A stretch of 64,000 nucleotides of DNA. Origin: Mobula hypostoma. Its lineage: Eukaryota. Below the pieces are notes generated by a model. The model had not been told where the DNA came from. It ran no database searches and saw nothing but the letters and a program-made list of their open reading frames with translations. Shown one piece after another: positions 25,670-37,100 of the stretch. How positions within the stretch are numbered: position 1 is the first letter of the stretch; the number at the start of each line of letters is the position of its first letter. Both the position numbers and the translations under genes were made by a program. The stretch covers positions 218,614,001-218,678,000 of the forward strand of contig NC_086097.1 in the NCBI RefSeq assembly GCF_963921235.1, written 5' to 3'.

Positions 25670-27610
25670 TCCTCCTTTTATATCCCTCTTTAAGATAAAC
25701 GATCCCTCTTCCATCTCACACCCTAGATTCCTTTGTTCCATGAAAAACCTATCCATTCTCTCCCCATAACTAGGCAACATCCTGATGAATCTCCTCTGCA
25801 CTCTCCAATGCAACCACATCCTTCCTACAGTGTGGCAACCAGACTATAGTCAAAAAGACAGTTTGTAAAGTTGAAACATTGCATCCTAACTTTTATATTC
25901 TATGCCTCAATCTATGAAGACAAGCATGTGATATAATTTCTTTACCATCATCTCACACAGTGTTGCCACTTTCAGGGAACAATGGACTTGAACTCCAATG
26001 CCCCCTTATTCATCAGCTTGCACTTGTTGGGATTTAGTTCCATCTGGAATCGTTCCACCTAACGTTCTTTCTAATCTATATCCTGTTGTAGTCTAGACAA
26101 TCTTCCTCACTATCCATGAAATGAATTTTCATATCATCTGGAAATTAGCTAACCATACTTCCTTCATCCGCATCCAATTTGTTAATACATATCTGCGTTT
26201 CACAAGCAGCAAAGGTCCCGGTGCCTAGCCCTGTGGCGTCTCACAGGTCAGAGACCCCAGCTAGAAAAGCATCCTTCCAACAGCATTGTTTGGTTCAAAA
26301 TTTGGTCGCAATATCCAGATCAGCTTGGGTCCGATGTGACTTAACTTTCTGGTTAAGACAATGATGTAGGTCAATTTCATTACAAAATTCCATATAGCCA
26401 ATGTCGGTCACTTTGCCTTATTCATTATTCTTTGTTAGCTCCTCAAAAAACTCAAATAAAATTTTCAGGCAAGATTTCCCCTACATAAACCAGTGCTGGC
26501 TATTGCTGATTAGCTCTACCTTTCCAAATATATGAAAAATCCTATCCTGTTGGGAGAATTTTCTCCAATAATTTCTCAAACACTAATGTAAGGCTAATGT
26601 ATTGGCCTGCAGTTACATTGCCTTATCCCTATTGCCCTTATTAAATAAAGGAATCACATTAGCTGTCCTCCTTTCTTCTAGTACCTCACCAGTGGTGAAT
26701 AAAAATGCAAAAATCTCCATTAGGGTCTATGCTACCTTGGTGCCCACAGCAACTTAGGGATTTACTAACTATTATGAGTTCCATGACAATAACATCTCCA
26801 TTTTCTTAATGAAATCTCGAATGCCATTGTGATCTGCATTGTTATTCATTTTTATTAACTCATCTACATATGTTACAGGATTTTAGGAAGATAATCTTAA
26901 CCAATTGTGCATATTCCTCCAGCATGGCCAACTTTAAGTTCAATGCAAATTTGGTATGTTGGAGCTTAATGTGAATTTCATGTCCGCTGCCTCATTTCTG
27001 TCAGGCCTGCTCCTGCTGACATCTCCCAGTCTCCACCCATTAAAAACATTTGTTTCAGACTCATCACCTGCATCCTATTTAACCCCAGTTCTCATCCACG
27101 TCCTTGTTCACTTATTGAACCAGCTGGTCTCATCCAGTTGCTCTGAGTTTTCATTCTCCCTTCCTAAAGCTTACCTGGTTCCCTGCTGTGCCTAGTTTCT
27201 GTTCTCTCTTGTTTTGTGGGCCCTCATGCTTGTTATTTTACAGTCTTTATTTAAGTTATCGCTTACTCCTAAATCATCTCCACCACTCTGCTTCTGGGTC
27301 AAGCCTCCTCTGCATTTCCTGACAATTTCATGCTCTTGCTAAGCAACCGATAGAGTGGAATATAGTAATTTGTCTAAGAGGTAATAATTGAATCAATCTA
27401 CCGATGATATAAACAGTTTTCAATTTATTAGTCCAGTGAATTGCCTTATTTAACTTTAGTATTGTTGCTAGTTTATTGTAGAAATTCCTCAAAGAAACAA
27501 TGAGGGTTAAACTATTGTGAAATATTGCATTATTCACTATAGATGCAGAGAAGTGAAAAAATAATGACACTGAATTAAAAGTTTTCTGATTTCCGTTTCA
27601 TGTTGTAAAG

Positions 27611-27747
27611 GAACCGTAGCAGCAGAAGCAGGCCTCCATCCTGGTCAATGCATCATCAAAGTAAATGGCATCAACGTAAGCAAGGAGAGTCATGCAAGTG
27701 TGATAGCACATGTCACAGCGTGTCGGAAGTACAAGCATCCTTCACAG
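27611..27747 (+). CDS. PREX2: PREX2 coding exon (PDZ2 C-terminal part)
   Basis: gttgtaaag acceptor, GTAAAT donor. Encodes (G)[45 protein letters not shown]. 137 bp. Confidence 0.96.
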
Positions 27748-27852
27748 GTAAATATGTGGGAAATATCTCCAATTAATGAAGATGAAACTCTAGTGTAGGA
27801 TTTCTTCATCAAGCAAAAGTAGGGTACACAAAGGTCCGTTGGTAGGTTAGAG

Positions 27853-28168
27853 CAGTGGTCCCCAACCTCCAGGCTGCAGACCGATACCGGGCCGCGAAGA
27901 ATGCAGCGGTGCAGCGGTAGCCGGAATGCACCCAGCACATCTTTAAGAAACAAGCCGAAATAAACAAGCTAGTTAATTAGGTGCCACCCGGCACGTAAGT
28001 GTCCGTCCAGATCAGAGGCGTAGGCGACATTTACGTGCCAGGCGGCACCTAATTAATTAGCTTGTTTACTTTGGCTTGCTTCTTAAAGATATGCTAAGTG
28101 CGTTCTGGCTACCGCTGCATTCTTCGCGGCAATGTATTGGTCCGTGGCCCGGAGGTTGGGGACCACTG
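27853..28168. mobile_element. hAT (Charlie-like) MITE, palindromic
   Basis: 18 bp perfect TIR CAGTGGTCCCCAACCTCC / GGAGGTTGGGGACCACTG. 8 bp TSD ggttagag/ggttagac. The arms pair over almost the whole length. Confidence 0.92.
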
Positions 28169-28179
28169 GGTTAGACGAC

Positions 28180-28940
28180 AGGGAAGTTTCTAGCATTCAG
28201 CATCAAAAGACAAGAAAGCAAGAAGGGAGAAAATGGATTTTCAGAGAAAACTTGCATGTAATACCTAAACAGTCAGTAAGAGTTACTGTGGATATATAAG
28301 TAGTGAGAAGGTGGCTAGATTGGTGTGGGACCTCTAGAAAACAAGAGCGGTAATTAACAAGAAACAAGGTAACGATGGATACATTAAATCAATTTTTCTG
28401 TATCAGTTTTCTCCATGGAATACACTGCAAATATCTATAAGATAACAGATAGACTAATTCAAATAAATTCTGTGAAGGTACCAGAAAATTGGAAAACAGC
28501 TAATGTGACTCTACTGATCCAAAAGAGAGGAAGACAGAAGATGAGAATTATTGGCCAGTTATTTTAACTTCTGTTGTTGACAGGATGCTGGATTGAATAA
28601 TCAAAGAGAAAATAACATGCCATATAGGAAAGCTAAATATAAACAAAGCCAGGGATTCATGTGTGACAAATTTGCTCAAAGGCAAATAGTAGCTATAAAA
28701 TAATGGGCTAGTCATTTAATACTGAGGTGGGTAGAAATTTCTTCTATCAGTTCTGCTCTCAAATGTGGGGAATGCCAGGTTATTAGATACATTTAGGTTG
28801 GGGATAGATAAATATTTGAAAGAGTGAGGAACTGAGGACATAGAGTGGGAGTTGAGGCTATTGTAGATAAGCCATGATCATATTGAATGGTGGACAGGCT
28901 TGATAGGACTGGTGCCTACTCCTGGTCCTATTTTCTTGAA
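28180..28940 (+). mobile_element. Highly degenerate, internally deleted CR1
   Basis: ccagaaaattggaaaacagctaatgtgact (P.NWKTANVT), ccagttattttaacttctgttgttg, and a CR1 3' end gccatgatcatattgaatg...gcctactcctg. Confidence 0.6.
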
Positions 28941-29377
28941 TGAGAAAATAACATTTTCAATGAGAAAATAACACTAATAAACATCAAAAAGGTTGAGGTA
29001 TCAGGAGTTTGTATTCTAGGGGAGTGTTGCCAAGGTCAGAGGCTTCAAATTAAATATGCAGCTCTGTTAAATTATGAATATATCGAGAAGTATTATAATA
29101 TAGTTGCTAAAGGACAGTGTTCTTGCTGCATGAAATAGAATTTAGTTGCATAAAATTTAGAGAAAATCAAGTTCATAGCAATAAGAAAAATAAAACAATG
29201 CTATAAAGAAACAAATGAAGGGCAGTACTAATTATGCAATGTCTACTGTATATATATATATAGAAATGTATAATAATTTGCAAGTATTAAACTCCATGAT
29301 AATTTAATAAAAGTACAAACATTGGATATAATTTTGACAATATGGTATTTAGTTTTTAATCACTAGTTTCTGTGGAT

Positions 29378-29555
29378 TAACACATACAAAATGCCAGAGG
29401 AGCTCAGTGGGTCAGATAGCATCTATTGAAAGGAAAAAAAGAGTCAATGTTTCATCAGGACAGATGAATGGTCGCGGCCCAATGCATTGACTCTCTATTC
29501 TTTTCCATAGACACTGCCTGACTTGCTGAGTTCCTCAAGCATTTTGTGTGTATTA
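29378..29555. repeat. Penelope terminal-repeat-derived hairpin element
   Basis: acatacaaaatgccagaggagctcagtgggtcag...gagtcaatg pairs with cattgactc...ctgacttgctgagttcctcaagcattttgtgtgt. Remnant hammerhead sequence in the centre. Confidence 0.75.
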
Positions 29556-30518
29556 CTTTAGGTTTTGAATCTCTGCACTAAGCAGATGTGGCTGTAAGAG
29601 AATGTGACACAATATTGTAATAACTGGTGGTGTAGCATAATTTTATGATAGTAAAAGGGATATAAAATTGGTATCTGATATAGAAAATATGTTCAGTTTA
29701 TATTTGGTAACTAGTTGCACAAAATAATCAGAAATTCATTGATGATGGCACAATGTGCATCTTGTCTGTGAATAATACAGATGTGTAAAGGACGGAGCAT
29801 GAAGATATGAAGATTACATCTCTATATCAATTCATTTATCCCAACCAGTTTCTGTGGATATTAATCCTTCTACAGCAAATGGTCTTAAGCATATTTACTC
29901 ATCCATGTCACTTCTTGCCTTCTTTTGTTTACTTACTCAAAATTGATCTTGATGTTGATTGTTTGTGACTGGATTGTTTTTAATCCAGTGTTCATGGCCC
30001 TAAATTATAAGTCATTGGAAACAGTTACTTTTGCTTCTTCATTCATTTATTAATGGGAGTGGCTGACAAGGCTAGAATTGATTGTTTGTCTTTAGTTGCT
30101 GTAAGAACCTGCTGGTGGAGTTCATTAAGTTATTGAAATCTATACGGAGCCAAAACTCCCATTTTTTGCTCAATGGTAGTTTTGATATTATGACCTGACA
30201 TTGATGATTATATAGTGCATTATATCCAAGTCATGATGGTAAATAGCTTCATGGAAACTAGTGGCCTTTCAGAACTTTTCAGCAGGCTACAATCATAATG
30301 ATCTCCCAGGGACTTAGCTGGGTCCAATGAAAGAAGTAAGGTGTAAGCGGAGTGGCCATTGTTGGAGTGGATAGTGTTAGAGTGGCCAGGCTTTGGCTTA
30401 ACAGGCTTAGGTGACTGCAAGCACAGACTAGAAATTAAACTTGAGAAATTAGAGCTATAACAGGTATTGACAGGATGGTAGTTAACCTGTGCAATGTCCC
30501 TCCTGTAAGATGTGGCAT

Positions 30519-33500
30519 TGTAGGTGCAGCCCCCCCTCCACCGGGCTTGTATGCAAACTTGGCTCGTTAGCCAGCTCTACTAACAGCCATGTGACTCAGC
30601 CGTGAGAAGGCCATCTTTTAAAAAAATATACATCTAGGATCGGTATGATTTGGGGCTTAAACAAACAGGAACGTTGTGATGTTCTGATTGAAGAAACCTT
30701 GATTTGAGTGAATGCTGTGTAAATACTGCCCAATCACAATTGTCAGTCGGCAAGAAATAACAGATCATACACCACATCAAATTATAAAGAAAATATATTT
30801 ACCAATTTCAGCTTTGTCAAACAGTTAGTAGGAAAGAGAAAAGAAATAAATAAAAGGGCCCATTACAGTTAAAACAGTCCAAGGTGCACATAAAGTTGGA
30901 GCTCATCCTGGAGTTGTCTTTTACTCACACACTGAACACACGGCCTGCATGAAAGCACACACCACATTCCATACTGTACTCGAAGTCCATCTCGAACAAG
31001 TGGGCTCTCTCTCGGGAGTATTGGCCCTTCCTCCTTTGAGCCATTCGTCTACACAAAGCACCGTGCAATGGGGATACTCTTTCCCATGGCATTCTCAGGC
31101 ATCTTCTCTCCTGTCCTCTCCGGAGCTCCCACCGGCTTACTGTCCGTCACAAATCTCTCTCCGAGCTGCTCCCTCTAGAATTTTCCCCTGATTCCACCAT
31201 CCTGATTGGTCCTCATGACTTGAAACTTATTAAACCATTATTAATACCGCAGCATTCAAATGAATTTCTTGTTTTCAGGACCCCCAGTCCAGTTGTAAAT
31301 GGAAGTAGCATATCTCACCATGGGAAAGGACCTTCTCGGTTTCCCAGGTGCATCTTCTGTCAGCCTAGCTAGGGGTTTCCTGACTCTCTGACATCTACTT
31401 ATCTCATATTCAGCTTCTACAGCTTCAATCATTCCTTGTGACCCTCCCTGTCTATCACTCGTACTTCTGGCAGCTCAGGTTCCCCTGCTCCATGCCTGAA
31501 CTTAGCTTCCTTCAGTTTAAGCAAGTGCTGCTGAACCTCTTCAACCTCTACTGGTGCTAACTGGTGAGCCCTCTCTCAGAAATGGGTATTCTAGGTCACT
31601 CTAGTAATGTGACAAGTATTTTTGGAGAACCAACATCAAACTCATCAGTAGAAAAGGCATCTTTGTGTTCCAACATCTTCTCAGATAATCTCCTTTTCCA
31701 TTCCTTGGGCATTGGTGAGTCACAAAGTGCATGACTTCGATGTTGACTTCCTCAATCCAGGAGATGGCTTCTCTTCTGTTTCCCCCAGAAAACTAGACAT
31801 GACTGTCACAGGAAAAAGATGGGCAGTTGGCACCCTAAGTCTGAGGGTAACATCTCTTGTGTAGGCAGATGAAGATTTCTGCAGTTCAGGTCTCACCAGC
31901 ACTCCTGGAGGTAAGCATAACTCTTCTTCCTGATCATCAGGAACATCCGCCTGGATGGCCAAGGCATTGTGCATTCCAGCAAATTTGGGGCTTCCTGTCA
32001 CTCTAGATACTCCTCCAGGATGTAACATGGTAGGTTTAGACTGGGTGTACCACACAGTTCCTCCTTTCTGCTCATCATCCTGCTTAGGAGGAACTTGCAC
32101 CTTCTCAAAAGTAGCTCTGAACACAGGGTGAATGGACAAGGTTTTCAAAAAGCTTTCTCCATTTCTCTTGCTTGCTCCCATGAGCTTTCCCACAATGGAA
32201 GTATTTATTCCCACAAGAACGGAAGCTCCGGCCAGACCAACACTGGTGTGTCAATAGTCTCAGTTACACCACATCTGCTTCCGAAAGCTCCAGTTTCAAC
32301 AAGTCACCATTGTATGGGTACTCATTAGTACTAAGACCCTGAATCTCAAGGGCACTGAGTGGCGTCAATGGTAAATGTGTCAGATAGGAAAGGGACCTAT
32401 AAAGCAAAGTAACTCGAGAACCTGTGTCAAGTATGGCTTTAGCATAAACACCTTCAATCCGTATGGATATATCAGAGCTTGGTCCCACTAACCCTACAGG
32501 AATAGTGTTTTGCACTTTCGTATTCCTCTTGATACACTGATGGGAATGTATCCTCTCTGAAATGCCAGCCCACTCTTTTGCTTGGTCCCTCCATAATTTG
32601 GCTCCTTTTCTTCTCTGTTTGATCAACCGCTGACTTACTCTTCGAAGTTTTCCTGTCCTACACAGTCCCACTTGAAACGTCCACCTTCTCCACAGTTGTA
32701 ACAGAAAATACCAGTCAATGCCAGTCCTCTGTGTCTTAAGTCCTACAGGTGAGCTGGGTTTCCCAATGGACGCATTATATTTAGTTGAAATATTTGCAGT
32801 CATCCATTGAATCAGCTCAGCTTGAAGGTTTTCCACTTCATTCTTCAAAAGTTCCAACTTTGTGGCATCAGGAGACACTTTAGCAGCAGAAACTACCATT
32901 GGAGACACTACTTGGCTTTTGGAAATGTCCCGCTTCTTAATCATGTTTTCCTCCTCTCTAACTTCTCTGAGTAACTCGGTAAAAGATGGAGGGGGGCGCA
33001 TCATGTGGGCCATTCAAATACGTCGAGTAATCACATCATGTGACAGCGCGCCCTTCACAACTTGTTCCACCCTCAAGCAATTTCTCTCAGACAGTTGAAT
33101 GCCCCCTTTGTGGCACAAACAGTGCAGCAGCTTCTCCAACGTGAAAAGGTAGGCAGCCATCTTCTCTCCTTCCTCCTGGAATGTGTGCCTAAACTTCATC
33201 TTAAGATTGGCTGCACTTTCAGCAGTGCCAAAAACAGCTTCCAGAGCTTGCAGGTAATTAGCTGGTGCCTAATTGATTTTCCCCCTTTAGGAACCTCACC
33301 TTATCAGCCTTTAAGCTCTTGACCAGTCTCCATTTTTCATATTATCTGAGCACTGCCGTTCTTCCAGTATCTGAGATATCTGCTCCCCAAGCCTCATATT
33401 CTTCTTCCCCATCGGCTGTGGGCTGGACTCCAGAGAACACCTCAGCCTATGATAACTTTAGCTCTCTGCAGGTACACTTCTGCATTGATCAACCAATGCC

Positions 33501-34054
33501 GTAACAGCCAAAACCAGCTCAGAATTTAAATCACCTGCTGAAGGACCTATTAGACCTTTCATACCAGACAACTCTTTTCCCTCACTTTGCAGAAACAACG
33601 TCTTTAAAGTCTTCGTCCTCAGATTCTTGCCCCCCTTTTCTTAAAATATGGACTGCCCATGGCCCCGCTTCTCTAGGGTCTCCCAACCTATCAGGCAGCA
33701 AGACTACAGTCACATCACTGCTAGTCTGGACTGACATGACATCCTGAGCAGCTGACTGGTCAAAGTACCATTCAAACAGCACAACTTTCCTCAAAACGTT
33801 TACAGCACTCCGAGTAACAGTTCATCAGGAATTCGGGCATCCATCCCACTCAAAACACAAGCATTGTTTGTGGATAATATCTTTGAACTGCACCAAAACC
33901 TTAATTCCTGCAGCACCTATAATAAAGTACCTAAGTCACTAAGTACCCCAGCACTAGTTTAAACACAGGCTTAAACACACAAGCCGCTAAATCAGATCTA
34001 GAACAGCAGTCACACAGCATTCGAGAATCCCCGGACAATGGTCCCCACAAATGT
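30519..34054 (-). mobile_element. Gypsy LTR retrotransposon remnant: PNMA-like gag, CCHC knuckle, protease, probable 3' LTR; RT and integrase deleted
   Basis: Gag KFRHTFQEEGEKMAAYLFTLEKLL and PPSFTELLREVREEE. Degenerate knuckle CYNCGEGGRFKWDC (~32665-32710). Protease AILDTGSRVT. Degenerate tRNA-Pro-like PBS near 34027-34047. LTR-like non-coding region ~30519-31260. Confidence 0.85.
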
Positions 34055-34161
34055 TGTTAATAAAATGTTGAAAAGTTAACAGTTAATATAAAGTAGCGAG
34101 GTGTAAGTAGAGTGCCCATTGTTGGATTGGATAGTGTTAGAGTGGACATGCTTTGGCTCCA

Positions 34162-37100
34162 GAAGACAATAAAACATAGAAGCAGAATTAGGCCATTCAG
34201 CCCATCAAGTCTGCTCTGCCATTTCATCATGGTTGATCCCAGATCCCATTCAACCCCATACACCTGTCCTCTCACCATATCCCTTGATGCCCCGACCAAT
34301 CAGGAACCTATCAACTTCCCTGTTTTAGGTGTACCCACAGACTTGGCGTCCACTGCAGTCTGTGGCAGAACATTCCGCAGATTCACTATTCTCTGGCTAA
34401 AATAATTCTTCCTTACATCTGTTGTAAATGGTCTCCCCTCAATCTTGAGGCTGTTCCCTCTAGTTCTGGATAGCCCCGCCAGAGGAAACATCCTCTCCAC
34501 ATTCACCTTATCCAGTGTTTTCAAAATTTGATAAGTTACAATGAGATACTCATGCATTCTTCTAAATTCCAGTGAGTGCAGGCCAAAAACTGCCAAATGC
34601 TCCTCATATGTTAACCCCCTTCATTCCTGGAATCATCCTTGTGAACCTCATCTGGACTCTTTCCAATGACAACACATCCTTTCTGAGATAAGGGGCCCAA
34701 AACTGTTGACAATACTCCGAGTGCGGCCTGACTAGTCTCTGATAAAGCTTCAGCATTATCTCCTTGAGTTTATATTCTATTCCCCTTGAAATGAATGCCA
34801 ACATTACATTTGCCTTTTTTACCCAAAAACTCAACCTGTGAATTAACTTGCACGAGAACTCCTAAGTCCCTTTGCAGCTCTGGTGTTTGAAATTTCTCCC
34901 TATTTAGATAATAGTCTGCACTATTGTTCCTTTTACTAAAATGCATTATCATACATTTCCCAACACTGTATTCCATTTGTCACTTTTTTGCCCATTCTTC
35001 CAATACGTCTAAGTCCTGTTGCAATGGCATTGCTTCCTCAGCACAATCTACCTCTCCACCAATCTTTGTATCATCTGCAAACTTCGCCACAGAGCTATCA
35101 ATTCCACTATCCAAATCACTGACAAACAATACGAAAAGTAGTGGTCCCAGTACTGACCCCTGAGGAACACCACTAGTCACTGGCAGCCAACCAGAAAAGG
35201 CCCCCTTTATTCCCACTTGCTGCCTCCTGCCTGCAAGCCATTCCTCTATCCTTGCCAGTATCTTTCCTGTGATGTCAAAGGATTTTATCTTGTTAAGCAG
35301 CCTCATGTGAGGCACCTTATCAAATATCTTCTGAAAATCTAAGTAAATGACATACACTGCCTCTCCTTTGTCCACCCTGCTTTTACTTCCTCGAAGAATT
35401 CTAACAGATTTGTCAGGCAAGATTTCCCTTCACAGAAACCATGCTAACTTTGACTTAGTTTATCATTAGTCTCCAAGTACCTCGCAGCCTCGTCCTTAAT
35501 AATAGACTCCAACACTTTCCCAACCACTGAGGTTAAGCTAACTGGCCTATAATTTCCTCTTTTTTTGTCTTCCTCCCTTCTTAAAGAGTGGAGTGACGTT
35601 TGCAAGTTTCTAGTCCTCCGGGACCATGCCAGAATGAAGTGATTCTAGCAAGATTATGACCGTCATCTCTTCAGCAACCTCTCTTAGGACTCTGAGATGT
35701 AGTCCATCTGGTACAGGTGACATCCACCTTAAGGCCTTTCAGTCTGCCTAGCACTTTTCCCTTTGTGATAGTAATAGCACCCACTCCTGCTCCCTGACAA
35801 TCACAGACCTCTGGCACACTGCCAGTGTCTTCCACAGGAAAGACTGAAGTAAAGTACTTAATAAGTTCTCTGCCATTTCTTTGCCCCCAGTACTACCTCA
35901 CCAGCATCATTTTCCAGTGGTCCAATATCAACTCTCACCCCCTTTTATCCTTTATATAACAGACAAAACTTTTAGTATCCTGCTTTATATATCAGCTAGT
36001 TTGTCCTCATATTTCATCTTTTCCCTTCTTATAACTTTGTTAGTTGCCTTTTGTTGGATTTTATAAGCTTCCCAATGATCCAACTTTCATCTTACTTTTG
36101 CTTCTTTAAGTGCCCTTTCCTTGGCTTTTATGCAGTCCTTAACTTTCCTTGTTAGCCACGGTTGCCTACCCCTGCCATCTGAGAACAACTTCTTCTGTGG
36201 GATGTATCTATCCTACACCTTGTGAACTATCCCTAGAAACTTCAGCCACCTCTGTTCTGCCATCATCCTCACCAGTATCCCCCTCCAATCCATCTGAGCA
36301 AGCTCCTCTCTCATGCCTCTGTAATCCCCTTTATTCCATTGCAATACTGATACATGTGATTTATTCTGCTCCCTCTCAAATTGCAGTATGAATTCAATCA
36401 TATTATGATCACTGCCTCCTAAAGGTTCCTTTCTGTTAAGCTGACTAATAAAATAAGATAGCCTTTCCCCGAGTAAGCTCAAGCACAAGCTGCTCTAAAA
36501 AGCCATATCAACAAATTCCCTCTTTTACAATTTGACATCAACCTGATTTTCCCAATCCCCTTGCATATTGAAGTCTCTCATTACAATTGTGATATTACTC
36601 TTATTACATGCCCTTTCCAGCTTCCTTTGCAATCTCAGCCCCACTTCTTGGCTACTATTTAGACTCCTATATATGATTCCCATAATGGTTTTCTTACCAT
36701 TAATCCATCCACAAAGATCCAACATTCACTAACCCCATGTCATCTCTTTCTAAAGATGTAATTCCATCTCTTACCACTAGAGTCACAATGCCTATGCCTT
36801 CCTGCCTTCATTTTGATACAAAGTATATGTGCATGTGATCAGTAAATCTCAATCTGTCATCAGGGATCACTGAGGATGATGGCGGAACTTGTCATCAAAA
36901 TGTTGGTTATAATCGATACCTGTAACCGGCTGGAAGTCCGAGAAGAATTTATTTGTCATCTACCCCAGGAAAGCACAAGATTGCTTTGCAGATCTCAATT
37001 TGATTCTGAGGTCAAGGATCCAGTTTCAGAGGGAGGTTTTGACTCCCAGGTTTCAGGGTTTAGTGATGAACTTGCTTGGAGTTATAGTACTGAAGGCTTT

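Larger units (their letters stand above)
24335..26720 (-). mobile_element. Old CR1 LINE, interrupted by an insertion at 24690-25669
   Basis: CR1 tail near 24335 (catagatttatagag). RVQRRFIRML in ORF 25571-25819. CR1-like sequence continues to ~26720. Confidence 0.65.

Noticed and set aside
31720..33800. Domesticated PNMA-like host gene
   Set aside because: Multiple frameshifts and stops plus PBS and LTR-like remnants indicate a decayed retrotransposon.
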